Part shown: one piece after another, positions 38,185 through 48,808 of the stretch
Layout: each line of letters begins with the position of its first letter
Position numbering within the stretch: the first letter of the stretch is position 1
Virus record (IMG/VR): IMGVR_UViG_3300025000_000005
Coordinates: 1 to 64,000 of that record
DNA: 64,000 nucleotides
Reading direction: 5' to 3' (one strand)
Source of the DNA: a virus
Notes under the pieces: model-generated
Told to the model about the DNA's origin: nothing
What the model saw: the letters and a program-made list of their open reading frames with translations, nothing else
The model's database searches: none
Position numbers and translations under genes: made by a program

Positions 38185-39846
38185 TTAAATGCCTGGCTTT
38201 ATTTCTTCCGGAATCTCGGCATCCTGCATCTTTCGCCATTCGTCCGCAACAAGGCTTGATAATCCATCGGGAATATCGGCTATGTCGTTGAATTTCCAAA
38301 CATCCCCCATTTTGTCTAACCGCCATGCCCATTCGGCGGCCTGAACCTTTGAGGCAATTCCCCTGCCGACAGCCCTACCTGTTGGAAGATGGGTTACCGA
38401 CCACTGAGATCCCCTACCATCCTCCTTATGCACTGCGAAAAGCTCACCATATCGCCACCCCGACACGGTTCTTTTCCCGCCGCCATCGGGATTAGCATCC
38501 CAAGCGGTTGAATACTCATGCTTTTTAAGCTTTATGTTTTTAAAAAAAGCTTCCAGGATCGGGCGGTTTTCGGATCGTTGCTTTTTTACTCGCTCATCAT
38601 GCTCAACCGTTGCGGCAAGCTCTTTGCGTTCAGCCTCTTCTTTTTCGGCCTTGGCCTTTAATTCGCGCTTAAACGGATCGAGAATATTTTTTTTGATTTC
38701 GGGAATCAGATTATCGAGTGCAAAAAAACGGCCATCACGAATATACCGGCCGATATCACCGAGATATCCTTTGGCCGCCGTATATCTCCCGTGTAAAACC
38801 CTGTTTTTTTGCGGGTCAACATAAGGGACATCGTGCATGGTATTGATAATCCCGGCGTATTTCTCGGCGGCTGCATAAAGATGAGCAGGCGCAATTTTTT
38901 TGAACACGGGAATGTTTTTGGAACTTCCGGATACTATGGCATCAACAATCGCATTTACCATTGCCGCATCGGGGGTGACCCCACTGCCGATATCATAGCT
39001 CGGCACAGTCGCGATATCGACCTTATCGTTTTCATCCCACAAGGATGCTCTTCGGATAACATAGCCATAATACCCGACCCCACGGGAAAGAATCAGCGCA
39101 TTATATATTCCGGGCTTTATTTCCATTCGCCCCAGCTCAATGAAATTTTCCTTTTGCGCCCTTTCCGATAATCGATTTTCTGCGCGTTCTCGAAGGTCTT
39201 TTTTACCATCCTCCGTTTCGAACCATTCTATATCCTCTCGCAAACGGTCCTTTCTTTCACGGTCAAGTTTTGATCTCTTAGGCCATAGAGATTGCAGTTC
39301 GGACTTGAAGCCATCAACTATTTTTACGGACTCGGTATAGATTTCCAGCTTAGTCGGTTTTGGTGGGTCTGGAAGCTCTGGCATCGTCTCCAACTTATAG
39401 TCCAAAAGCCCTGCACCGATAAAAGCGCGTTTTATATCATCCACGCTCCCGGCATTTCGGATATCATCACGCCAATAATAACCGGCAGACTCGGCAACCA
39501 ACTGCATAGGCCCATCATCAACCGGAATATCCTCCGGCAGAAACCCCTCAACGAGATCAAAACTTAAAATCAAGTCCGGATTTGCCATCAAAAGCGCATT
39601 GTAAATGTCGGCCGGCGGTGAATTTTGAAGACTTACCGGTTTTCCGGTCATTCCTATAGCCCCAGCCGAGAAGAGCGCCTCAAGGCATCGCATGGCGCCC
39701 ACGCTCCCCATGTCATCAACCGTAACAGGCGCCGGAACGTCCCACTGCGTTTCTTCGGTCCGGATAACGGCGTACCCGGCCGTAGTGGCCACGAAAAACC
39801 GGTATTCACTTTCGGGGTAAATAATATCGTCTTCTAAAAATTGCAT
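38185..39846 (-). CDS. Putative internal head (Dar-operon) protein
   Basis: Start MQFLEDD after GGAGG; last gene of the hdf-darA-ddr cluster; carries a DarB/DdrB-like helix motif. Confidence 0.6.
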   Translation of the reverse strand: MQFLEDDIIYPESEYRFFVATTAGYAVIRTEETQWDVPAPVTVDDMGSVGAMRCLEALFSAGAIGMTGKPVSLQNSPPADIYNALLMANPDLILSFDLVEGFLPEDIPVDDGPMQLVAESAGYYWRDDIRNAGSVDDIKRAFIGAGLLDYKLETMPELPDPPKPTKLEIYTESVKIVDGFKSELQSLWPKRSKLDRERKDRLREDIEWFETEDGKKDLRERAENRLSERAQKENFIELGRMEIKPGIYNALILSRGVGYYGYVIRRASLWDENDKVDIATVPSYDIGSGVTPDAAMVNAIVDAIVSGSSKNIPVFKKIAPAHLYAAAEKYAGIINTMHDVPYVDPQKNRVLHGRYTAAKGYLGDIGRYIRDGRFFALDNLIPEIKKNILDPFKRELKAKAEKEEAERKELAATVEHDERVKKQRSENRPILEAFFKNIKLKKHEYSTAWDANPDGGGKRTVSGWRYGELFAVHKEDGRGSQWSVTHLPTGRAVGRGIASKVQAAEWAWRLDKMGDVWKFNDIADIPDGLSSLVADEWRKMQDAEIPEEIKPGI

Positions 39847-39847
39847 A

Positions 39848-41668
39848 TTACGCCGCATTCGCCTCCGCACGGGGAAGAAGGGTTGTGTCAATTTCGGGAA
39901 CTCCGCCCTTTTGGGCTTTGTCGATAAAATGATCCTGCAACATTGAGCGCTCTTCGATGTATTGGCGAATGCCATGCGCCCACTGAATAGCGGTATCTCT
40001 ACCATACTGATTATACGAAAAAACAAGCATATACAGCCCCATGCGTAATTCTTTTTGGGACGTGAAAAGCGTTACGAAAGCCCCGTCAAGTATCACCTGA
40101 AACCGGTTATCAGCCCCGAGGCTCGGCTTTGATTTCCAGGAAGATACGGCAATGATGGTTCCAGCTATCTTCTGCTCAATATCAGCACTCTTTTTCTCAA
40201 GCACGGAATAAAAGGCCTCGCTCAATTTCGCCTTTTGTTTTTCATTCTCGATCATCGATTCCTGCTTTGCCAGGACCTCTTTTTCGACGGTCCCAAGTGG
40301 AGCCTTCATGATTCCGAGTATGAGCTGAAAAAGCTCAGAGTCTTTCTCGTAAAGGAAAGCCATTCCGTCCGCGGTCGCAAACTGCTGCATGCCCATGCTG
40401 CACACCTCGGTAACGCCAGAGGAATACCGCTTCCCAACATAGGGATGGAAGAAGTCATCTTCAAAGGCGACCTCTCCACCACGGTAAGCCTTATTGCCGG
40501 TAAGCCGACTCAATTTTACCGGAGGCGCCATCCTCCCGCCCGTCCTTTTATCGAGATATTGATTCGTTGCCGACTTAACCCTGGCATTATTTTCAAGTAT
40601 GTGGCCCATTTCGTGAAATAGTGTCGTTTTCGAAAAGTTCCCGTCCAGGTAGATGGTCCCGGTATCCGAGTTGGCGCATGCCCTGCGATGCCCCTTCGTG
40701 ACGATATTCACTTTCGGTGCCCGGCCGCCGACCAGCCTATAGAACTCGGCCATGTCTTTTTTTAGGGTCTCGACCGGATATCTGATCTTTTTCAGCCTTG
40801 CCTTTGAGCTGGCCGTAATTTCCTGGCTATTCGCCCATGCTTCGGCCTGATCGGCTGTCACGGGAGATGCTGAAAGCACGGTCGCCATTACGGCATCCTT
40901 AAATTCTGCCTTTTCGGCGTCGCTTTTTTCTTTCAGGGCTACAAGGCGCTCTTCCAGCGGCGCCACCTTTTCACGCACCGAAGCGTTAATTCCGGCTTGA
41001 AGGTCATAAAGCTTTTCGAGGAAGGCCTCCATTTTTGGTTTCAGATCCCTCGTTTCCGCCTCTCTCCACGCCCTCAACTCTCTAAGCTTTTCTGTATAAT
41101 TTTCAGATCCAATAGTGATACCAACCGAACGTTCCAAATCGCTGACCTTTTTTCTGTAATCAATCTCGATCGATGTCAACTTGGTGTTCACCTGCTCATA
41201 ATCCGAGTTTTCCCTCAACGCATCAGCCGTCTTGTTGAGCGCCTCTTGGTGCTTGGCGTAAATCTCCTTAATTTCGATAGAAACGGATTCCATTTCCGCC
41301 CGACTTTTTGACTGCAAAATCTTATCGGCACCTTCAATGATTTTCCCTGATTCAAGAAAATGGTCAAAAGTTAATGAGCCCATAGACGCCTTCGGACTCA
41401 ATTCCGATATTTCCCTCAAAACATCTTCACGCTCAACCCCGACAGCTCGATAGGAATTCCCGCCGCGATTGCCTATCGGAATAAGTAGTTCCCACCGTTC
41501 AAGGGGATCATCTGTCGCGCGGGCTTTTTCGAGATGGTCCAATATTGATTTGCCCTCGTTGTAGTGGCTCACCCATGAATCATAGCCGATACCGATATAA
41601 GAGCTAAATACGAGTGCCAATGACTCAAAGGACTGCGCTTCTCTCACCCTGTCGGCAACCGTCACCAT
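39848..41668 (-). CDS. DdrB-like internal head protein with zincin HExxH motif
   Basis: Position after darA/ddrA; N-terminus DRVREAQSFESL; LFHEMGHILE, PYVGKRY, TEVCSMG. Confidence 0.6.
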   Translation of the reverse strand: MVTVADRVREAQSFESLALVFSSYIGIGYDSWVSHYNEGKSILDHLEKARATDDPLERWELLIPIGNRGGNSYRAVGVEREDVLREISELSPKASMGSLTFDHFLESGKIIEGADKILQSKSRAEMESVSIEIKEIYAKHQEALNKTADALRENSDYEQVNTKLTSIEIDYRKKVSDLERSVGITIGSENYTEKLRELRAWREAETRDLKPKMEAFLEKLYDLQAGINASVREKVAPLEERLVALKEKSDAEKAEFKDAVMATVLSASPVTADQAEAWANSQEITASSKARLKKIRYPVETLKKDMAEFYRLVGGRAPKVNIVTKGHRRACANSDTGTIYLDGNFSKTTLFHEMGHILENNARVKSATNQYLDKRTGGRMAPPVKLSRLTGNKAYRGGEVAFEDDFFHPYVGKRYSSGVTEVCSMGMQQFATADGMAFLYEKDSELFQLILGIMKAPLGTVEKEVLAKQESMIENEKQKAKLSEAFYSVLEKKSADIEQKIAGTIIAVSSWKSKPSLGADNRFQVILDGAFVTLFTSQKELRMGLYMLVFSYNQYGRDTAIQWAHGIRQYIEERSMLQDHFIDKAQKGGVPEIDTTLLPRAEANAA

Positions 41669-41669
41669 A

Positions 41670-41999
41670 TTAAAGGCCCTCTATACGCTTTTCGATATAC
41701 CGGATAGTGGGCGGCTTCACAGGCTCAACATCCTTGATCTCATCCACAATTTCCTTCAGGATGCTCAAAAATCGAATCGGTGTTTCATCGTCAAATTTCC
41801 CGGAGATAAGATCCTTCAACTTCTGGTTTTCATCCCCGGCTCCGGTGTCCAGCTTCTCATCAAGCTGCTTTAAAAGCTCTCCGATCTCGCGCCGAACCGC
41901 GTTTTTCTCTTTAAAACTGAGCGTCCCGGCTTCCAGCTCGCTCAGTTTTGCGCCGATCTGCTTCCGGATCTGGTTTCTTTCCTTGAATGATAAGGCCAT
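41670..41999 (-). CDS. DdrA-like small protein
   Basis: 109 aa between darA and the ddrB-like gene; duplicated LSFKE(R/K)N helix. Confidence 0.5.
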   Translation of the reverse strand: MALSFKERNQIRKQIGAKLSELEAGTLSFKEKNAVRREIGELLKQLDEKLDTGAGDENQKLKDLISGKFDDETPIRFLSILKEIVDEIKDVEPVKPPTIRYIEKRIEGL

Positions 42000-42013
42000 G
42001 GTGCGATTCTCCT

Positions 42014-44725
42014 TTAAGCCGCGGCTTTCTTGGTCAGTGCGGTTGCGTAAGCGTCAACTTTTTCCATCAGGTCGGCGTATTGATCTTCCGGAAGGTCAAA
42101 GACTTGTTCAATCACATCGGCAAGGGCGCCCGGTGTCAAGTGATCGTATTTCCCGGAAAGGACGTCATTGGCCACGGTTACCGCCGCGAGTTCTTGCGGT
42201 TCGACAGACGGGGAGGGTTCGGGTTCGTTCTGGTCGGGTACCGGGGTTGGTTCCGGTTCTATTACCGGTTCGGGTTCTGGCTCGTTTTGCTCGGCAGGCG
42301 GGACGATTGGTTCCGGTTCAGGCGCGGGCTCTGGCTCAGGCACAGAAGCGGACTTTTCTTGAAGGTATTGAGCATAATCCATGCCGGTTTTGGTTAATGA
42401 TTTCTCGGTCAAAAAGGCGCCGTCATCAGTCGTAAAAAAACGCTCACCGTCGCGCATAACTACCTTGCGGCCAGCGCTGATTTCCGACTCGACCTTTCCC
42501 TTTATGGTCATGACAACGCCATCAAATCTTCGTTGAGAGTTGAGGTTGACCAGGGTCTTCTCTTTTCGCATCGGGTCCATGCCGTCTGTAAATCCGTTCA
42601 CGTTTTCGAATTCCTTTCGAGCCTCATCTGCACGCGACTTCCCTTCCGCATCTCGCACCGCCTGCTCTTTCCTCGACTTACTATTGGCAGTATCGACCTC
42701 TATCATCCTGTCTATCTGATCGACGGGAATAAGTTCAGTAAACCCAAGCTCCATCCAGCTCGACTTTACACCGTAAGCCCACTTCCCGCCGTCAAACTCG
42801 AAAGACGAAATCGTCCTGGTACCATCGGGGTATGCCTCCCACGAAAACCCTATGTCGTATTTTTGCTCGGGCTTTTGCGGTTCTTCGACGCTCTTATTGG
42901 GAGGTTCTTCCCCCTCGACCCAACCCTTATCAAACCCCTGACTCAAAAGATTCTTAGAGAACGTGTTCGCCCAGCTTCTTTCCGGCCGGCCAACCTTGGT
43001 GCGCCGGACCTCCCCAAGCGGACCGCGATAGGCAATACCGCTCAACCGAAGGCGCCCGGTATCAGCGCTGGTCGTAAAAACCATTTCCGAGTCGGTCACA
43101 AGGTCGCCGTTCATTTCAATGTATTGCGTAAAATAAATCACCCGTTGTCCGTCCGGGCCTTCATCACGCGCTTCTATGACAAGATCAGTATAAGATCCGC
43201 TCTTGACCTTCCGGTGGAAATCCCCATCCATTACCGAGGCTTCATACCCGAGGCTATAGAGAAGCTTCGCGGCGCGTTGGGCGGGCATACCATCGGTTTG
43301 ATCTGCTGGCGGCAAGACGGGAACGATAGGGGCTTTCCCCTCTTCTTTTGGCATTGTTTCATCGGCCTTTTTCTCCTCGGCAGGCAACGCGGCCATGATG
43401 GATTCCTTCACAGCCTCAACCGTCACATTCAGCGACCCACCAGGAGTGTGCGGATCTCCATTTACCTGAACCACGCCGCCGCCAGAAACATGCAACCGAA
43501 GCTCGGTGCCATTAATGGTAAGGGTCGTCTTTTCCCACTCGCCAAGCCTGTTTTTATCTGGTTCCCATGTGCCCAGGACTCCCCCGAGATCTTTCACAAC
43601 GGCATCGATGTTGGCCTTGCCTTCAGAGATACGGCTTTCAACTGGCAAGGGGTCAGGCTTCGTAACCTCAGTCGATGCCGCCGTTTCATCTTCGGCCGGA
43701 CCTTCATCGGCAGGCAATGGATCTGTCAGCACGATTCTGTTTTCAGCCTTCAATTGGTCCACATATTTATCCCATTCGGCCTGTGTGATCTCGCCCTTGT
43801 CCAGCAACTCGGCCATAATCCCGGCCTGTTCAAGGTCCTGGAGGCGTAACCCCGGGACGCGCTCTGCCCCCAATGCTACTCGGCGATTGTATTCTGACAC
43901 CTTGCTGTCACTGGCGGCCTGCTCATCCCTCCTAATTTTCAAAGCGTCAATCTCAGCCCGCAAATCGGCATTGCTCTGTTTTACTTTTTCCAGCCTCGCC
44001 GAAGCGTCTTTGATATCCGCATCAACACTACCGGACCGTTCGGTAAGCGCCGATACCTCATCCAAAATGGATAGCCGTTGAGCCTCAAGGGCATCAATAT
44101 TTTGCGTCACCTCTGCCAATTCCGCCTTTTGCGCCGCAACGTCCCCTTGGCCTTTCTGAAACGCCTCGGAATTCTTAGCCGCGAGTTGCATCAGCCGGAT
44201 ACATGTCTGCTCCAAAGAGACGTCCTTCCCGGATTCAGGGGAAACGACATGCGTGATATCCTTTTTGTTCAGCTTCCAGGCAAAGGCAACGATGGTATCG
44301 TCCGGCAAGATCTTCTTGTCGTTTCCGCCCGGGGCATGGAAGAGGATGCTGATCACCTGCCCGTCTGACAGCGGTATCTGGACCGTAACCGTTGCGAACA
44401 AACCGGACTTTCGAGGCGTACCGATAACAGGCGCCGCCGCAACAATCCCGGATTCGCCATGCTTATTGAGGGATTTCACCAGGGCAAGCATTTTCGCCTC
44501 GGTATTGGCAAACCGCTTTACCCGGACCGACTCGACTATGATATCCTCACCGGCATTCCATGCATCATCAATATCGGAAAAGGACGCCGATTCGCACAAC
44601 AGGCGGGCATCCTCCGGATCAGCCGACAACCCGTAATAGATGGTATTCATCTCCTGGTCCGAATACCCTTTTGCAAAGAAATCGACTCCGGTCAGTATAC
44701 GGACACCATCATGTAGGGGATTCAT
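42014..44725 (-). CDS. darA: DarA-like antirestriction head protein
   Basis: LSDGQVISILFHAP...AFAWKLNKKDITHVVSPESG (DarA N-terminal domain), coiled coil, Pro-Glu-rich tail; start MNPLHDG after GGAGG. Confidence 0.8.
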   Translation of the reverse strand: MNPLHDGVRILTGVDFFAKGYSDQEMNTIYYGLSADPEDARLLCESASFSDIDDAWNAGEDIIVESVRVKRFANTEAKMLALVKSLNKHGESGIVAAAPVIGTPRKSGLFATVTVQIPLSDGQVISILFHAPGGNDKKILPDDTIVAFAWKLNKKDITHVVSPESGKDVSLEQTCIRLMQLAAKNSEAFQKGQGDVAAQKAELAEVTQNIDALEAQRLSILDEVSALTERSGSVDADIKDASARLEKVKQSNADLRAEIDALKIRRDEQAASDSKVSEYNRRVALGAERVPGLRLQDLEQAGIMAELLDKGEITQAEWDKYVDQLKAENRIVLTDPLPADEGPAEDETAASTEVTKPDPLPVESRISEGKANIDAVVKDLGGVLGTWEPDKNRLGEWEKTTLTINGTELRLHVSGGGVVQVNGDPHTPGGSLNVTVEAVKESIMAALPAEEKKADETMPKEEGKAPIVPVLPPADQTDGMPAQRAAKLLYSLGYEASVMDGDFHRKVKSGSYTDLVIEARDEGPDGQRVIYFTQYIEMNGDLVTDSEMVFTTSADTGRLRLSGIAYRGPLGEVRRTKVGRPERSWANTFSKNLLSQGFDKGWVEGEEPPNKSVEEPQKPEQKYDIGFSWEAYPDGTRTISSFEFDGGKWAYGVKSSWMELGFTELIPVDQIDRMIEVDTANSKSRKEQAVRDAEGKSRADEARKEFENVNGFTDGMDPMRKEKTLVNLNSQRRFDGVVMTIKGKVESEISAGRKVVMRDGERFFTTDDGAFLTEKSLTKTGMDYAQYLQEKSASVPEPEPAPEPEPIVPPAEQNEPEPEPVIEPEPTPVPDQNEPEPSPSVEPQELAAVTVANDVLSGKYDHLTPGALADVIEQVFDLPEDQYADLMEKVDAYATALTKKAAA

Positions 44726-44726
44726 A

Positions 44727-45329
44727 TTATGCAGCCTCCTGTAATTCGGACAGCTCGGCCCGAAGGGTTTCATTCGTTTTGTTCTCCACCTCAAGCTCGG
44801 CCATGATCCCGGAATAATCGGACATTTTTACGTCAACCGTTCCCTTGATTTCGGCCAGAGCGACCTTAATCTCCTCGGTTTCCACCGTAACGGTCTCAAG
44901 CTCGGCCTTTTTATCCGCAAGCTGCTTTTTTGTGCTGGTTGAAACGGCCGGCGTCCCGCCCTGCTCTTTTTTGAGCGCCCGCTTCCGCCGCTGCTTAAGG
45001 TAGGTCGATTCGTTCTTTTTCAAATACCCGGCAATTTCCCCAATCGCCTTCGCAAGCTCACCAGCTTCGGATATGTCGGCATGCTTGATCGGCACCACCT
45101 TGCTGTTGATCCTCGCCTGGAAGATCGACCCGTTCCCCTTGATTTTAAGCACCAGCTTTTGGCCCGACTCAAAAGTGATGGTCGCCGTTTTTACGGAAAA
45201 TCCATCTTCTCGCTTCGGCATGTTCGGGGCATCGACTTTGGCAATCACCTGCCCGTGCTTTTGGGTCAGAGCGTCCGTGATGGGGGATAGCCCCTTCTCG
45301 TTGAAATTCGTGAAATTAATTTTGTCCAT
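44727..45329 (-). CDS. hdf: Hdf-like protein (DarA_N homologue)
   Basis: KREDGFSVK...FESGQKL.L.IK..GSIFQARINSKVVPI; immediately upstream of darA. Confidence 0.75.
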   Translation of the reverse strand: MDKINFTNFNEKGLSPITDALTQKHGQVIAKVDAPNMPKREDGFSVKTATITFESGQKLVLKIKGNGSIFQARINSKVVPIKHADISEAGELAKAIGEIAGYLKKNESTYLKQRRKRALKKEQGGTPAVSTSTKKQLADKKAELETVTVETEEIKVALAEIKGTVDVKMSDYSGIMAELEVENKTNETLRAELSELQEAA

Positions 45330-45355
45330 AGAGATTACTCCATTAATTGAATCGT

Positions 45356-47446
45356 TTATTGGACCCTATAACTCCCGGAAACGCTTATGACCGAAGTGTC
45401 TAACAGATGCGCATCCGTAATCTGAGCGCTTGATCCATCAGTGGCTCCAGTATACACCTTAACCGAGGTTGAGCTGTACAGCGCTAAAGCGTAAAGTCCC
45501 TGGTTCATCGCTCCAGACGCCAATGCAGTAGCCCTGATAGCACACGGGAAGCTCAGCGCGTTATGAACCGTGTAGGGAAGTCCTTCGATCAAAACGTAAC
45601 CTGTTTCACTACCTTTACTTGTCAAGGTAATATTAATCCCGAAATGGACAATGTTGCCGACCCGCGTATACCGGCCAACTTGGTTGCTGTAAGTGATGCC
45701 AGTTGAGCTTCCGCCGATGGTTATCGTTGGTGTCCATGTGCCCTCCAGATACCAATCGAGCACCGTTGTTCCGGCGTTGTCTTCATTCCCCAGGATCGAC
45801 CCGTTAAGGATTTTAGTGGTGCAGTTTGACACATTGCCAGATTGGACAAATTTCCCGGAAATTGTGGCAGTATTGATCAGATCAGTGGTACATGTCTGAA
45901 CTAAATTGCCCACAATGGTCGCGGCAGTAATCGTCCCTGAAAGGTTGATACCGGCCGAACCGGTTCCGGTAGCACCAGATATTTTGTTTCCGGAAACGAC
46001 CACTCGGTTGGCGCTCGCTATCCTAATATCTGCCATGTCGTCCACCGTGGCAGATCCACCGAACGAATTACCGACAATCGAGGCATCCAGCGCGCTACTG
46101 CTGCCAGATAGCGAAACAACATCGTTCGGGATATTTACAAACTCATTGTCAGACACCGAGACGGTCCCGAGGCCCGTCCCCCCGTAGATTCCGTAATCCG
46201 TTTGACCAATAATATTCCCCATGATTTTTACGAGCATGCTTTGATTCGAGGAGTTATTTGCGTAGATCGCATAATCAGTATTCGGTGTATTAACTCCATC
46301 CAAAAACAAGCCGGGGCCTATGGTCAGTGCGGAGATTTTTGTATCGTTCGATTCATTGATTCTGATTAAGTAATCTTTGGCCCAACTGACGTAGCCGTTC
46401 ATTATGGTCAGGCCGTCGCATGCGAGTACACTGATACAACTTTCAGCTATTGTCGCGCCTCCAATAGAAAAATTACTCACCTGGCAAGTGAACGGAGCTT
46501 GGTATGTTGCCCCGTCCGAGTTTAGTGTCCGTGTGAAATACAGCAACCCGGCACCAGCTATGGCAGCTCCGGTATATCCGGAGCATGACAAAACGAAATC
46601 GGATAACTGATTAAGCTGCCCACCAGCGACTTGAATGCCCTTAAGATACCTACTAACAGATACGTTTTTGAGAGTAAAACCAGCAACCTGTCTCAAATAA
46701 ATTCCAATCCCTGTCGATACGGTACCGGCATTTGTAACGCTCAGATCGGAAATCCCGCAATTATAAAGGAACTCGTTCCCGGAGCTTGGAGAAGGCGGGT
46801 AGAAATAAATACAATTCGCAGAATTCGAAGTATTTGTAATCGTCGTAACGCTTCGACCCGCCCCTCTCAATTTTTGATTTGCCTTGGTCAATGTAAGCGC
46901 TGTTACAAGATAATTCCCCTCCGGAAGGAAATTATCGTTTTTCCCGACCGCCAGCATCGCCATAATGGCCGCTGTGCTGTCGGACGTTCCGGTTTTGTCC
47001 GCGCCGAACCACAGCGCGTTTATTGCTCTCGGAGCGTATGTCCTCCACCAAGCACCACCAGAGCCGGTTGGAAGAGCGCTGGGAGCGGCGGTGATCCCTT
47101 TTTGCGTATCAGCGGTAACATTCGCTACGCATGGGGTACTATCCCACTCGAAGTCTCCCTCGTACCCATCGCCTGCCGATGTGCGGCCTGCAACATGAAC
47201 GATCGTACCATCCGCCGGGAGGGGTAGCGCAATAAGCTCGGCAAGGGTGGCAACCGTGTCCAGCTTGCTGTTAACCGCCGCCTTTATTGCATTTGCGTCC
47301 TCCTCCGAGAATTTCTCCGTATCAAGGAGTGGCGGAATCCAGTCGTTCGCAATTTTGTCGGCCCAAACAATATCAGATGCCGAAGATGTAGACACAGATC
47401 CAACCAACATCGAAAACAAACAAAAAATCCAGAGTATTTTTTTCAC
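45356..47446 (-). CDS. Tailspike/depolymerase-like beta-helix protein with N-terminal signal peptide
   Basis: NALWFGADKTGTSDSTAAI..FLPEGNY..LRGAG pectate-lyase-3-like start; beta-helix repeats; EGTWTP..GRYTRVGNIV C-terminal module; GTG start MKKILWIFCLFSMLVGSVSTSSA. Confidence 0.75.
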   Translation of the reverse strand: MKKILWIFCLFSMLVGSVSTSSASDIVWADKIANDWIPPLLDTEKFSEEDANAIKAAVNSKLDTVATLAELIALPLPADGTIVHVAGRTSAGDGYEGDFEWDSTPCVANVTADTQKGITAAPSALPTGSGGAWWRTYAPRAINALWFGADKTGTSDSTAAIMAMLAVGKNDNFLPEGNYLVTALTLTKANQKLRGAGRSVTTITNTSNSANCIYFYPPSPSSGNEFLYNCGISDLSVTNAGTVSTGIGIYLRQVAGFTLKNVSVSRYLKGIQVAGGQLNQLSDFVLSCSGYTGAAIAGAGLLYFTRTLNSDGATYQAPFTCQVSNFSIGGATIAESCISVLACDGLTIMNGYVSWAKDYLIRINESNDTKISALTIGPGLFLDGVNTPNTDYAIYANNSSNQSMLVKIMGNIIGQTDYGIYGGTGLGTVSVSDNEFVNIPNDVVSLSGSSSALDASIVGNSFGGSATVDDMADIRIASANRVVVSGNKISGATGTGSAGINLSGTITAATIVGNLVQTCTTDLINTATISGKFVQSGNVSNCTTKILNGSILGNEDNAGTTVLDWYLEGTWTPTITIGGSSTGITYSNQVGRYTRVGNIVHFGINITLTSKGSETGYVLIEGLPYTVHNALSFPCAIRATALASGAMNQGLYALALYSSTSVKVYTGATDGSSAQITDAHLLDTSVISVSGSYRVQ

Positions 47447-47499
47447 AGTGTCATTCCTCTCTCTTATAGCCTTCGGCCGAACAACCGACCCCATCTTCA

Positions 47500-47922
47500 T
47501 CAATTTAGCCTGTACGCCAGTATGGTTTCGGCCTTGCCTTCTCCAATAATTCCGAATTGCTCCAACGTTTGCAGTGCCTCGACTGTCGCCGGGTCCTTCA
47601 AATCCACCTCTTTATCCTTGACCGATTCGAGTCGCCGCGTGATGGTTCTGAGAATCTTTTTCTGGTCGGCCGTCAAGTCGGCATTCTCCTCAAAATTGTC
47701 GAAAGCAACCTCCTCTTCCAGCGTAAAGAGCGTCCGCAATTTCCAATGGCTGATAAACACGGATACAGGTTCCGGTTCTGTGTAATCGTCAAGGGGCAGC
47801 GCGCCTGAATATTCGGCGACGATAAAATTACCATGCGGGGTCGCATTTCTGAATTTCGAGACATCGTCAGGGTAGGCCACGATGCCGTTATTTATTACTA
47901 TCGGGAATTGTACTATTCTCAT
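47500..47922 (-). CDS. Tail-fibre-associated protein
   Basis: LFTLEEEVAF...VDLKDP...LEQFGII...ETIL pattern; GGAG RBS. Confidence 0.55.
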   Translation of the reverse strand: MRIVQFPIVINNGIVAYPDDVSKFRNATPHGNFIVAEYSGALPLDDYTEPEPVSVFISHWKLRTLFTLEEEVAFDNFEENADLTADQKKILRTITRRLESVKDKEVDLKDPATVEALQTLEQFGIIGEGKAETILAYRLN

Positions 47923-47935
47923 TTATATCTCCAAT

Positions 47936-48808
47936 TTATGCCGACGCTTCCGGCAACCCAAGTATGTCGGCAATGTCGTTTAACCACCTGTCGAAGTCTA
48001 CTCGTTCGAAATATCTCGGTCCATATGGGGTTGAGACCGCTGAATCCGCGAACCCAACGCTTGTGGCAACATAGCTGTCCCATAGAATGCAGCATGCATA
48101 TTGATTATATACGCCGAACCCATTCCCGTCCGTGCTACCATAAAACAGAATTTCGCCTACTCCACCGCCACGATAAACAGACACCAGGAACGCCGCTCCG
48201 GTATAGAGGGGTCCCGTCCTAATCATCGTCATGCCGTCAGCCGTACGATAACCAGGGTGATGTGGAGTTATGCCACCGAGAGTAATCCCGACAGGACCCG
48301 ATACGATTGACCCGTCTGATGACGAAATGACATAGCTGTCGTTATCGTCGCAAATCGTGAAATCTCCAGATCCGTGCGCCGCTCTCTCGATAAAACCGCC
48401 CTGATCTCCGCGGGATAGATTGACATCCGCCTGGAAAGAACCGATGGATGTAATGGTTCCGGTTAGGTCGTCAAGCTTTGCGACATAAACCCTATCAGGA
48501 GTTGCCCCTGTATCGATGGCAAACACCCACAACGCCTCGTCTACGTTGTCATACCAGATGAGCCCTCCCCATTTGTCACATGCCGCATTGACATAGGTGC
48601 ATGCCCTGGTCCAAACCACGTTTCCAGCCGAGTCATAACGCTCTACCGAACCTGTTCCATTTGTCGGCAGGCGAATCATACTGCCGTCATTCGCTATGGT
48701 CGGGAGCCAATTCGCATAGGTTAACGCATCTGCCCCACAATAAAATTTTCTATGAATGGTCATTGGAGGTCTTAGGCCACCGACCTCGCCTTCAAATCCT
48801 CTAATCAT
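47936..48808 (-). CDS. Putative tail fibre/receptor-binding component
   Basis: 290-aa beta-rich ORF in the tail-fibre cluster. Confidence 0.55.
   Translation of the reverse strand: MIRGFEGEVGGLRPPMTIHRKFYCGADALTYANWLPTIANDGSMIRLPTNGTGSVERYDSAGNVVWTRACTYVNAACDKWGGLIWYDNVDEALWVFAIDTGATPDRVYVAKLDDLTGTITSIGSFQADVNLSRGDQGGFIERAAHGSGDFTICDDNDSYVISSSDGSIVSGPVGITLGGITPHHPGYRTADGMTMIRTGPLYTGAAFLVSVYRGGGVGEILFYGSTDGNGFGVYNQYACCILWDSYVATSVGFADSAVSTPYGPRYFERVDFDRWLNDIADILGLPEASA

Noticed and set aside
42533-43849. Long plus-strand ORFs antisense to structural genes (also 27301-28164, 35613-36401, 52799-53596, 62590-63690)
   Set aside because: Shadow ORFs opposite well-supported minus-strand genes, with no motifs or RBS support
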